Notes under the pieces: generated by a model | Databases searched by the model: none | Told to the model about the DNA's origin: nothing | The model's input: only the letters and a program-made list of their open reading frames with translations | Position numbers and translations under genes: made by a program | In this document: piece after piece, positions 36,179 through 44,676 of the stretch | Position numbering within the stretch: position 1 is the first letter of the stretch | Layout of the letters: each line of letters begins with the position of its first letter | DNA from: an uncultured Oscillospiraceae bacterium | GTDB taxonomy: Bacteria > Bacillota > Clostridia > Oscillospirales > Oscillospiraceae | Reading direction: 5' to 3' | DNA length: 64,000 nt | Assembly: GCA_964583135.1 (NCBI GenBank) | Contig: CAZOVE010000001.1 | Span: 8,622 to 72,621 of the forward strand

Positions 36179-37891
36179 TTATTGTTCCAACTGACGACAG
36201 ATCCAGTCGGCAGCAATATGCATCGCTTCGTTCAGACTAGGACTGGCCACTTGGCCACGGATGGGCGATGTCAACACATGGTTGCCCCATTCACTAACCA
36301 AAATCTCATAAGGCGCCCCTAATTCCTTGGCTTTTTCCATACAGATTTGTGCATTGCTAAATGGCACCACATCATCCATATCGCCATGGATCAGCAAAGT
36401 CGGCGCATTATCCGCTCGGATATGGGTATAGGGGCTGAGCAACTCCGCCAATTCCGGATCATACACACCGTTGACGTTGGCGATATAGCTCCAATAGGTT
36501 CCGGGAATCGTAGTCACCGCCGCCAAAGGTGCGCAAGCAAACACACCATAGGTTTCATCAAACCCATTCCCCGGGAACAGATCCTGCGGTGCATGGGCCA
36601 CCATCATTGCCAAATGTGCGCCGGCAGAATGGCCGGATGTGGCAATTTTCTGCGGATCGATACCCAGCACATCAGCATAATGCACGATATAGCGCAGTGC
36701 ATCCATCAGATCCGTTACCTGTTCCTTCGCTGTCAGATGGTTACTGTCCGTGATCACCCGGTAATCCGCAGCTACCACCGCAAAACCTTCTGCACGAAGA
36801 TCAGACACCAGTGCCTGCATCATACTCAAAATAGCGGACCGGCTCTGTTCCTTCCAACCACCGCCGCAAATCAGCAGCAGCACCGGAGCTTTTGCATATT
36901 TGTAGGTCGTCGGCGGCAAGAAGTTTAAGTACAGGCCTTCTTTGTCCACCACTTTGAAGAGCAATTCCTGCTCCTGATTGTTGATCGGAACCGACGGTTC
37001 TGTACCTTCCTCCACCGGCACGGTACTTGCCACTACCATCACCCGCTTAATAATGACCAAGTCACTCATCACGGCACCGATGGGTGTACCTTCCGCCGCT
37101 TCAGAATACTCATCGCCCAGAACATTGCCGATCCCTACTGCTTCGATCAGGATGATCACATCCTGATCGGTCGGCAAATTCGAGATGTCGTAGGAAATCA
37201 TGCAGCCGTCCACAGTATCAGGCATATTCCACTTGGCGTTTTTGAATCGGATCGTACCATCTTCATGATACGTTGTGGTTTTTGCGCCGGTAAAGGAGCT
37301 GGACAATGGTTTCAGAATTTGTGTGACATACTCGCCACCATTTTCCCGGAAAATGGCCAAGGTGCGAAAGGCGCCTTCGCCGGAGGTGGAATAATCGGTA
37401 TTCCCCACTGCCCAGACACGAAATTCCGTCGTACTGGCCGGAATGCGTACCTTATTGTACATATAGGCCACATTTTCCTTACCGATGGTGCGCAGAGCCA
37501 CACCCCAACCGAAATTTTCAACAGTGGCAGCCCCCTCTTCCCCCTTAGTACCCACGTGCCAAAGGGTTTGTTCTGCTGCCGTGCCTGTAAAGTCCACCTT
37601 TGCGGCTACAGCTTCCGAGGAAACCACGCTGTCCCATCCAAAATTCCACGTAGAATCCATTGCATGACGAAAGCCGTTATAGATTACGCAGGGTATTGCG
37701 TCAAGTTGGGAAGCAGTCATACCGTTGTATACCTCTGTTTCTGCAACAGGCATTGATTCTGACGGCTGCGTCAATTCCTCCAAAACAGACGGATCCGTCG
37801 GCATTGGAGAATCCGCATCGCAGCCCCCGAGGATCACCGGCAGCAGCATTGCCGCTACCAGGATCAAACTCAGTATTCTATGTGTTTTCAT
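36179..37891 (-). CDS. lipoprotein: repeated domain fused to an alpha/beta-hydrolase (probable carbohydrate esterase)
   Basis: Lipobox LGGC; repeated domain; then CGGGW, ADYR, GHSAG nucleophile elbow, HGDMDDVV, GNH. Confidence 0.85.
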   Translation of the reverse strand: MKTHRILSLILVAAMLLPVILGGCDADSPMPTDPSVLEELTQPSESMPVAETEVYNGMTASQLDAIPCVIYNGFRHAMDSTWNFGWDSVVSSEAVAAKVDFTGTAAEQTLWHVGTKGEEGAATVENFGWGVALRTIGKENVAYMYNKVRIPASTTEFRVWAVGNTDYSTSGEGAFRTLAIFRENGGEYVTQILKPLSSSFTGAKTTTYHEDGTIRFKNAKWNMPDTVDGCMISYDISNLPTDQDVIILIEAVGIGNVLGDEYSEAAEGTPIGAVMSDLVIIKRVMVVASTVPVEEGTEPSVPINNQEQELLFKVVDKEGLYLNFLPPTTYKYAKAPVLLLICGGGWKEQSRSAILSMMQALVSDLRAEGFAVVAADYRVITDSNHLTAKEQVTDLMDALRYIVHYADVLGIDPQKIATSGHSAGAHLAMMVAHAPQDLFPGNGFDETYGVFACAPLAAVTTIPGTYWSYIANVNGVYDPELAELLSPYTHIRADNAPTLLIHGDMDDVVPFSNAQICMEKAKELGAPYEILVSEWGNHVLTSPIRGQVASPSLNEAMHIAADWICRQLEQ

Positions 37892-37901
37892 CGTATGATT
37901 T

Positions 37902-39213
37902 CTTACAGGAACATGACTCTCTTGATGATGACGCACTCGGGCATCACTTCGCCTTCCGGCACACCGCCGGCAGTCTGTGTATCGGCAGTACCGAGAACCG
38001 TACCCACACCGATGGCTTCCACAAAGATCACAACGTCAGTCTTGCCTCTGAGGTTGCCCATGTCATAGATGATCATGCCGTCACCGTTATTGATGTCGGG
38101 AATCGTCCAACCCTGTGCATTGCTGTAGCGGAAGGTGCCATCTTCCTCATGGTATGCGGTCGCGCCACCTACAAAGAGGCCGGACAGAGGCACCATGACC
38201 TGCTTGACATAATTGCCGCTTTCATCCTTGTACCATGCAACTGCACGGATGGCACCGGATCCGGAGAACTGCACATCGCTCAGGCCACCGGCCCAGATGC
38301 GGAATTCATTGACCGTCTCAGGAACGTCCAGCTTGCTGTACATGTAGGCAATGTTACCCGTACCACGGGTCCACATCATCACGCCCCAACCGGCGTTGTC
38401 GTGAAGCACTGTACCTTCTTCGCCCACTTTACCCAGCTTCCAGATCTTGCTGTCGGCAGTTGCAGTGCCTGCAAAGTCCACCTTATCGGCTACAGAACTG
38501 CTGCTATCCCATCCAAAATTCCACACCACGTTCATGTAATTGTCAAACTCATCCGCACGAATGGTGGGCAGTGCATCCAACTCGGAAGCGGTCATGCCAT
38601 TGTAGATCACAGGATCGGCAGGTTCTTCCTGAGAAACCTTGCCCTTCAGGGTCAGCTTCACGCCATTGACCTTGACATCGGTGCTCACGGAAACATTTTC
38701 GCTCAGTGTGGCAGCATGGGCAGGTGCGACACCGCCGATCACAAGACCACCCACCAACACGCAGCACAGCAACATGGAAATGCCGGTGGTGCGTAGCTTC
38801 TTGTTAGTCACCAACAGCGCAACAAGCGCCACGGCAGTCAGAACCATAACGCCGGCGACAAGATGGGTGCGCATATCGCCAGTTTCAGGGATGGAGCCGG
38901 AATAAGTCACAACGATGCTGACGCTTTCACCGGCAGCCAGAGCTTCCACGGTCTTGCTCGCTTCACCGCTGCCTTCGAAGCCCTTCGGAGCAACGTGCTC
39001 CAGCTTCAGGCCCTTGAAAACATCCGTGGTGGTGTTCTTCACGGTCAGGGTAGCAACGATGTCCTCACCGGCTGCATACTCTGCCTTGTCGGCGGTCAGG
39101 GTGACCTCCAAGCCGTCCTGCGTGGCAGTCTGCGCCATGACAGGCAGCGCAAACAGACAAACGCACAGAATCACGCTCAAGATCATGACCAGTGTTCTAC
39201 GATTGTTTTTCAT
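37902..39213. repeat. 1.3 kb direct repeat, copy B
   Basis: Offset 26292 bp from copy A; one silent difference found. Confidence 0.95.
37903..39213 (-). CDS. secreted/membrane protein identical to 11611-12921 (copy B)
   Basis: Same 436 aa translation; own AAGGAGG RBS; first gene after the 39.4 kb promoter. Confidence 0.85.
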   Translation of the reverse strand: MKNNRRTLVMILSVILCVCLFALPVMAQTATQDGLEVTLTADKAEYAAGEDIVATLTVKNTTTDVFKGLKLEHVAPKGFEGSGEASKTVEALAAGESVSIVVTYSGSIPETGDMRTHLVAGVMVLTAVALVALLVTNKKLRTTGISMLLCCVLVGGLVIGGVAPAHAATLSENVSVSTDVKVNGVKLTLKGKVSQEEPADPVIYNGMTASELDALPTIRADEFDNYMNVVWNFGWDSSSSVADKVDFAGTATADSKIWKLGKVGEEGTVLHDNAGWGVMMWTRGTGNIAYMYSKLDVPETVNEFRIWAGGLSDVQFSGSGAIRAVAWYKDESGNYVKQVMVPLSGLFVGGATAYHEEDGTFRYSNAQGWTIPDINNGDGMIIYDMGNLRGKTDVVIFVEAIGVGTVLGTADTQTAGGVPEGEVMPECVIIKRVMFL

Positions 39214-39390
39214 AATGTCTCCTCCTTATGATTGTTTGGGGTATTGTGTTATTTGCAATCGGTTCGATCCGATTTGCTTACTGGGTCAAAAATTCAAGAT
39301 AAACCTGCTTCATGTAGTCAGCATCAATGCGAAAAACAGGGAAAAATGCAGAATATTCAGCATTATCATGTATATTCCCCCATTGTCTTA

Positions 39391-39404
39391 TGTTAACGAT
39401 AACA
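39391..39404. promoter_or_regulatory. LacI-family operator (copy 3)
   Basis: TGTTAACGATAACA, one mismatch from TGATAACGATAACA; overlaps the end of the -10 box. Confidence 0.7.
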
Positions 39405-39432
39405 TAATAACACGCATTATTTACGTTGTCAA
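39404..39432 (-). promoter_or_regulatory. sigma-A promoter for the surface-protein/Opp operon
   Basis: Minus strand TTGACA-17 nt-TATTAT with a TG extension. Confidence 0.7.
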
Positions 39433-39583
39433 TAAGAAATTCGGATTGTCCTTCATTTTTGTAGCAATGCACAATTTTCACCTTCCGTTTTTGACACTAC
39501 CGCAGTACTGCTGCTTGCCCGAGCAGAAAGTCTTTCAATTAAAAAACGACGCAAGATGCAAATGCAGTCTTCGCCGTTTCTAA

Positions 39584-39940
39584 TCAAATTTCCATAGTTT
39601 GATAAGATCGCAATCCTTCTGCACACAAACGGAAGGTACGCACTTGACAAGGGCCAAAATCCAGTGCTTGCGTCCACTGTAAATGTGGGATCGTACAGCG
39701 GCACTGTACTTCTCCGGCGAATTGTTATACAGCCGAAGCACATAACCGCCTTGATGACTCTGCTTTAGCGCTGTCAGCACCACCCGATCCCCCTCCAAGC
39801 AGGGCAAACTCCGATGCTGCGGCAACAAAGGAGGCTTTCTACCTCTGTGAGCACCGAACCATCCTCAATGATCCGCACCGGCAGAGTATCCTGTTGCACC
39901 CGATCCATCGTGATATGCTCCCCATAAGAGAGTGAATAAT
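39584..39940 (-). pseudogene. frameshifted C-terminal remnant of a GH38-like gene
   Basis: Fragments in different frames: LEGDRVVLTALKQSHQGGYVLRLYN and DFGPCQVRTFRL. They resemble GH38 C-termini, e.g. LSALKLSEDKKAYILRL in 6215-8947. Confidence 0.55.
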
Positions 39941-39968
39941 GAAACTGCCTTTTATGGGGGGTAGCATA

Positions 39969-40085
39969 TCACTGCTCCAGCAATACCCGATTCTTTTCCC
40001 GTACCGGACCGCCGTTGATAAATTTGGAAACCGTTGCCACAGATAGTCCGCTGATGCGGGCAATGTCTTTAATGGTAGCAGCCAT
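39969..40085 (-). pseudogene. truncated LacI-family regulator (HTH only)
   Basis: Manual translation MAATIKDIARISGLSVATVSKFINGGPVREKNRVLLEQ*, a LacI HTH stopping after 38 aa. Confidence 0.8.
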
Positions 40086-40251
40086 AGAATTTCTCACACT
40101 TTCACAAGCTAACTGTTTCTATTTTCACAGAATCGCACAAAGGCGCAAATGTCAATCCCATTTTCCCATTCATTATGTTATCTTTATCCAAGTTGCAGAA
40201 AAAAGAAGGGCCGTTATTACCAACAGCCCTTAATTTCCCCATGGATCGCCG

Positions 40252-41193
40252 TCATTGAGTCGGCACGCACCCTTCTGCCAGATATGCCTCAGCCATCGTC
40301 GCAGCCATGGCACCGTCGGCCACTGCCGTTACCACCTGGCGCAGCAGCTTGGTGCGCACATCCCCCACGGCATACACGCCGGGCAGATTGGTTTCCGTGG
40401 TTTCCCCGGCGACGATATATCCGCTTTCATCCAACGCAAGTTGTCCTGTCACCAACCCAGTTGCCGGATTTCTGCCAACGCTGATAAACACGCCATCGCA
40501 GGCCAACTGCGTCTGTTCGCCGCTGTGCAGATCCTTCAGTACTACACCGGTGACTTTCCCAGCCTGTTCCAATGCCACCACCTGACTATTCCATCGGAAT
40601 TCCACGTTTTCTGCCTGCAGGAGTGGCTGATGATATACTTTTGTGGCCCGTAAAGTATCCCGGCGATGCACCAAGATCACCTTTTCCGCCACACGGCTGA
40701 GTAGTAGCGCATCTGCCGCTGCGGAGTTACCGCCGCCAACTACCACCACAGTCTTGCCACGGAAAAACATCCCGTCGCAGGCCGCACAGTACGCAACGCC
40801 TCTGCCCACCAGTTGTCGCTCTCCGGGCAGTCCCAATTCTCTGGGGCCTGCCCCGGTGGCTAGAACCACAGTCTTGCCATAAAAGACACCTTCGCTGGAG
40901 TACACCGTCTTCCTTTGGCCATCCAGATCCACCCGAGATACTTCTGCATAGGCCGTGTGGGCACCGAAGCGCTCCGCTTGCTGCTGCATCTGCTCTGCCA
41001 GAACAAAGCCATCGATGCCTTCCGGGAAACCCGGATAGTTATCAATTTGATGGGATAGTGCCATCTGCCCACCTGCGGACAGCTTTTCCAGCACCAGCAC
41101 CTGCAGCCCCGCCCGCGCCCCATACAAAGCAGCGGTGTAGCCGCCGGGACCACCACCGATAACGATCATATCATAATTGCGCTTCGGTTCCAT
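40252..41193 (-). CDS. trxB: thioredoxin-disulfide reductase
   Basis: GGGPGG, IDNYPG, YCAACDG, GGGNSA, HRRD, AVGDVR. Confidence 0.95.
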   Translation of the reverse strand: MEPKRNYDMIVIGGGPGGYTAALYGARAGLQVLVLEKLSAGGQMALSHQIDNYPGFPEGIDGFVLAEQMQQQAERFGAHTAYAEVSRVDLDGQRKTVYSSEGVFYGKTVVLATGAGPRELGLPGERQLVGRGVAYCAACDGMFFRGKTVVVVGGGNSAAADALLLSRVAEKVILVHRRDTLRATKVYHQPLLQAENVEFRWNSQVVALEQAGKVTGVVLKDLHSGEQTQLACDGVFISVGRNPATGLVTGQLALDESGYIVAGETTETNLPGVYAVGDVRTKLLRQVVTAVADGAMAATMAEAYLAEGCVPTQ

Positions 41194-41205
41194 ATTGTTT
41201 CCCCC

Positions 41206-41529
41206 TTAATGCTCCGTTGCCGCCCGGATAAATTCTTCAATAGCAGTCTTGGATGCAGGTGCTACGATGGAGTCCTTCGCCTGCCCCGCCTGATACAGTA
41301 CCAGCGTCGGAATGACCTCAATGCGCTCTTGCTGTGCAAGGATCGGTTCCTCGTCGATATTGATCTTCACGATCTCCACCGTTTCACCCATCTCCTGTGC
41401 AATGCGGTCATATGCCGGGCCAATGCGACGGCAGTAGCCGCACCAAGGCGCCCAAAAGTCTACCAAAACAGGCTTCGTCCCTGCCAAAAGCTCCTGAAAT
41501 TGATTCGAGTTGATATTTCTTGCTGCCAT
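41206..41529 (-). CDS. trxA: thioredoxin
   Basis: VDFWAPWCGYC active site; cis-Pro motif IPTL. Confidence 0.9.
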   Translation of the reverse strand: MAARNINSNQFQELLAGTKPVLVDFWAPWCGYCRRIGPAYDRIAQEMGETVEIVKINIDEEPILAQQERIEVIPTLVLYQAGQAKDSIVAPASKTAIEEFIRAATEH

Positions 41530-41619
41530 AGTGGTCAGCTCCTTTCTTTGGTTTGTTTGATCACAGTATACCCCAAAAAATAGACTCTTTCTGTGATAAA
41601 ATCACCAAAGGACGAACTA

Positions 41620-41648
41620 TTGACACTTTGGCGTAATTTCGATATGAT
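41620..41648 (+). promoter_or_regulatory. sigma-A promoter for the Crp/Fnr gene
   Basis: TTGACA-17 nt-TATGAT, then AAGGAGG. Confidence 0.7.
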
Positions 41649-41676
41649 ATACCGAGAACAGCAAGGAGGAGCGGCT

Positions 41677-42336
41677 ATGGATTTTGCGAGTCATTTTCCT
41701 GTCTGGGGACAACTCAGTCCGGCCCAGCAGGAGCTATTGGGTAAAACGGTAGTCCCCCGTCAAGTTTCCAGAGGTGCGGTGCTGCATCAGGGTGGGTTGG
41801 ACTGCACAGGTCTATTGGTTGTCAAAAGTGGGCAACTGCGGGCCTATATTCTCTCCGATGAAGGACGGGAAATCACCATTTATCGGCTGTTTGATATGGA
41901 CATTTGCATCCTTTCCGCCCCCTGCATCCTACGTTCCATCCAATTCGACATTACCATTGCCGCCGAAAAGGACACCGAGCTTTGGATCGTTCCGCCTCAT
42001 ATTTACAAGCAACTTATGGATCAGTCCGCTGCATTAGCCAACTATACCAACGAGATCATGGCGACCCGGTTTTCCGAGGTAATGTGGCTTGTGGAACAGA
42101 TCATGTGGAAAAGCATGGACAAACGAGTGGCCGCTTTTCTATTGGAGGAATCTTCCATCGAAGCCACTCCGCAACTGCAAATCACCCATGAAATCATTGC
42201 CAACCATCTGGGCAGCCACCGAGAAGTCATTACTCGGATGCTACGCTATTTTCAAAGCGAAGGCATAGTCAAATTGACCCGTGGCATGATTGAAATTCTG
42301 GATCGCGACAAGTTGATGCAACTGCTGGATACATGA
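41677..42336 (+). CDS. Crp/Fnr-family transcriptional regulator
   Basis: SGQLRAYILSDEGREITIYRL effector domain; THEIIANHLGSHREVITRML HTH. Confidence 0.93.
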   Translation: MDFASHFPVWGQLSPAQQELLGKTVVPRQVSRGAVLHQGGLDCTGLLVVKSGQLRAYILSDEGREITIYRLFDMDICILSAPCILRSIQFDITIAAEKDTELWIVPPHIYKQLMDQSAALANYTNEIMATRFSEVMWLVEQIMWKSMDKRVAAFLLEESSIEATPQLQITHEIIANHLGSHREVITRMLRYFQSEGIVKLTRGMIEILDRDKLMQLLDT

Positions 42337-42337
42337 G

Positions 42338-42373
42338 GAAAGGCTGCCCAATATAGGGTCAGCCTTTCTTTTA
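42338..42373 (+). terminator. intrinsic terminator between convergent genes
   Basis: GAAAGGCTGCCC-loop-GGGTCAGCCTTTC followed by TTTT. Confidence 0.7.
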
Positions 42374-42380
42374 TGGTCAC

Positions 42381-43430
42381 TTAGATCTCGTGACTATGGT
42401 CATGATCCTCCGGTCCTTCATGGAGATGCTCGTGTACTTTTTCATCCTGCCCCAGTACATGGGTGTGACCATGGCTGTGGGTGTGTCGATGTTCATGGGT
42501 ATGCACAAGAGCGCCGTGACTATGGGTATGCGTGTGAACATGGGTATGCACATGACTGTGCTGCAAAGCGATGGTGTCCTTTACCAGTAATATGGTCGCT
42601 ACCGCCATGATCACAAATCCAATATAGAATGTTGGACCGGGACACTCTCCCAATAATACAATGCCAAAAAACACACCAACAAACGGTGCTATGGCATAAT
42701 AGGCGCTGGTTTTTGCAGCCCCTAGGTCTTTTTGGGCTTGAATATAGAAGTTAATGCTCAGGCCATAGGATACAAACCCCAACATTGCAACGAGCCCCAA
42801 TTCTGTTAGGTTTGGGAAATCTTCGCCGATCATCAGCGCCACGAGCAAACTGCCCAACCCCGAGAAAACACCTTTGATGGTCGTGATCTGAAGCGACGAT
42901 CGATCGCTGAGCATCCGCGTACAGTTATTCTCCAATCCCCAACAACAAGCAGCGCCCAAGACGAACACCGATCCTGCATTGAACCGAAGGCTGCCTTCCC
43001 CCTCAAAACTCAGGACAATGCCCGCCACAGTCACCAGCAAAATTGCGATGCGCAAACTTCCAGATAGTGTTTCTTTAAAAACCAGCAGAGCAATGACGGA
43101 GGTGGCTACGATTTCAAAATTATTCAACAGCGAAGCGTTGGCTGCATCAGTTTGTTTCAAGCCAACCATGAGTAAAACCGGCGCAGCGATATCCAACAAG
43201 ATCATGCCGAGGATATACGGCCACTCCCGTTTGGTCAAAGGCACTACCCGTTTCCTTTCTCCGGTCAGTACACCAAAGACAAACAGGCCCACACCTGCAC
43301 CCAGATACAAAAATGCAGCTAACATCGTCGGCTGCACTTCTTGCAACAGCCACTTGCTCACCGGAATATTGACGGCATACAGCACCGCTGCCAGAATCGC
43401 AAAGCAAACCGCCCGATTCTTCGTGTTCAT
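42381..43430 (-). CDS. DMT/EamA-family transporter with a His-rich C-terminal tail
   Basis: About ten hydrophobic helices, ASLLNNFE, WGLENN; tail HSHVHTHVHTHTHSHG...HDHSH. Start MNTK after AAAGGAG. Confidence 0.88.
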   Translation of the reverse strand: MNTKNRAVCFAILAAVLYAVNIPVSKWLLQEVQPTMLAAFLYLGAGVGLFVFGVLTGERKRVVPLTKREWPYILGMILLDIAAPVLLMVGLKQTDAANASLLNNFEIVATSVIALLVFKETLSGSLRIAILLVTVAGIVLSFEGEGSLRFNAGSVFVLGAACCWGLENNCTRMLSDRSSLQITTIKGVFSGLGSLLVALMIGEDFPNLTELGLVAMLGFVSYGLSINFYIQAQKDLGAAKTSAYYAIAPFVGVFFGIVLLGECPGPTFYIGFVIMAVATILLVKDTIALQHSHVHTHVHTHTHSHGALVHTHEHRHTHSHGHTHVLGQDEKVHEHLHEGPEDHDHSHEI

Positions 43431-43620
43431 AGACCGCGCTCCTTTCACCGATAGGATCGTGCAGAAAATATCCCCCCGGGGGGGATGTTTTTTATCATAA
43501 CACAGGTTCGAGGATTTGTCACCCATTTTCCCCATAAATTGCATCAGGCAAAAAATTTCCTCTTTACAGAACCCGCACTTTCCCGTATGATAATGAAAGA
43601 TCATTATGGAGGTAATCATT

Positions 43621-44676
43621 ATGAAAAAGTTGTCCTTTTTCCTTGTATTTGCACTACTGATTGCCATGTTGGCCGGCTGTACCGGCACTACAGTGGTGTA
43701 CTACGGAAATTGCACATGCCCCACCGGCAGCCACAACGCTACACCCAACACCACCCCCACCTTGACGGAGGGTTCTCTGAAAACCGGTCTTGCCATCCTC
43801 ACCGATATCAGTGGCAGCGAAAGTGGCAAGCAGGCCGATTACGATATCACACTAGCCGCTGTTTTGGTTGACGATCAAGGCGTGATCCAACAGTGTATCA
43901 TCGACAGCATTGGCACCAAGGTGGCCTTTGACACCACCGGCACAATCACCACCGACCTTTCTTCCGAGATCCTGACCAAAACAGAACTAGGGGATGACTA
44001 CGGTATGAAGGCATCCACCGGATCGAAATATGAATGGTACGAGCAGGCCGCAGCTTTGGCAGAGTATGCCGTCGGCAAAACCATTGACCAACTGAAAAAC
44101 GGCGCCATTGATGAAACCGGCAAAGCGCCTGCTGGATCCGATTTGGCATCTACTGCTACCATCTACTTGGGCGGTTATGTATCCGCCATTGAGGCCGCGG
44201 TGGCGAATGCCCAGCATCTGGGTGCGCAGAGTGGTGATACTCTGAAACTGGCCTCCATCAACAGCATCGCCAGTAGCGTCAATGCTACCGCCGACAAAAA
44301 CGGCACTGCACAGCTTGACTGCAATGTGGTGGCACTGACGGTTCACGACGGGATCATCACCAGTTGCTACATTGACGCTCTTCAGGCAAAAGTGAACTTT
44401 GATACCGCCGGTACCATTACCACCGACCTGACCGCCGCAGTCCAGACCAAGAATCAATTGGGTGATGCCTATGGCATGGTCGCATGGGGCGGCGCCATCG
44501 CCGAGTGGAATGCGCAGGCTGCTTCCTTCGCCGCCTATATCACCGGTAAGACTGCCGAAGAAGTTGCCGGTATTGCCGTCAGCGAGGGAAAACCCGCCGA
44601 TGCGGATCTGAGCAGCTCCGTCACCATCGCCATCGGCGGTTTCCAAGCACTCATCGCAAAGGCAATGCAGGAATGA
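43621..44676 (+). CDS. lipoprotein with two tandem putative FMN-binding (flavinylation) domains
   Basis: Lipobox LAGC; internal duplication (TKTELGDDYGM..EWYEQAAA..GKT..DLASTATI / TKNQLGDAYGM..EWNAQAAS..GKT..DLSSSVTI); overlaps apbE. Confidence 0.75.
   Translation: MKKLSFFLVFALLIAMLAGCTGTTVVYYGNCTCPTGSHNATPNTTPTLTEGSLKTGLAILTDISGSESGKQADYDITLAAVLVDDQGVIQQCIIDSIGTKVAFDTTGTITTDLSSEILTKTELGDDYGMKASTGSKYEWYEQAAALAEYAVGKTIDQLKNGAIDETGKAPAGSDLASTATIYLGGYVSAIEAAVANAQHLGAQSGDTLKLASINSIASSVNATADKNGTAQLDCNVVALTVHDGIITSCYIDALQAKVNFDTAGTITTDLTAAVQTKNQLGDAYGMVAWGGAIAEWNAQAASFAAYITGKTAEEVAGIAVSEGKPADADLSSSVTIAIGGFQALIAKAMQE

Noticed and set aside
11611..39213. Duplicated gene as a diversity-generating retroelement template/variable repeat pair
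   Set aside because: Only one silent T/C difference on the coding strand, no adenine-specific variation, and no reverse transcriptase in the window.
11610..39213. Direct repeats as IS ends of a composite transposon or prophage att sites
   Set aside because: The repeat encodes a surface protein; no terminal inverted repeats, transposase, integrase or phage genes.
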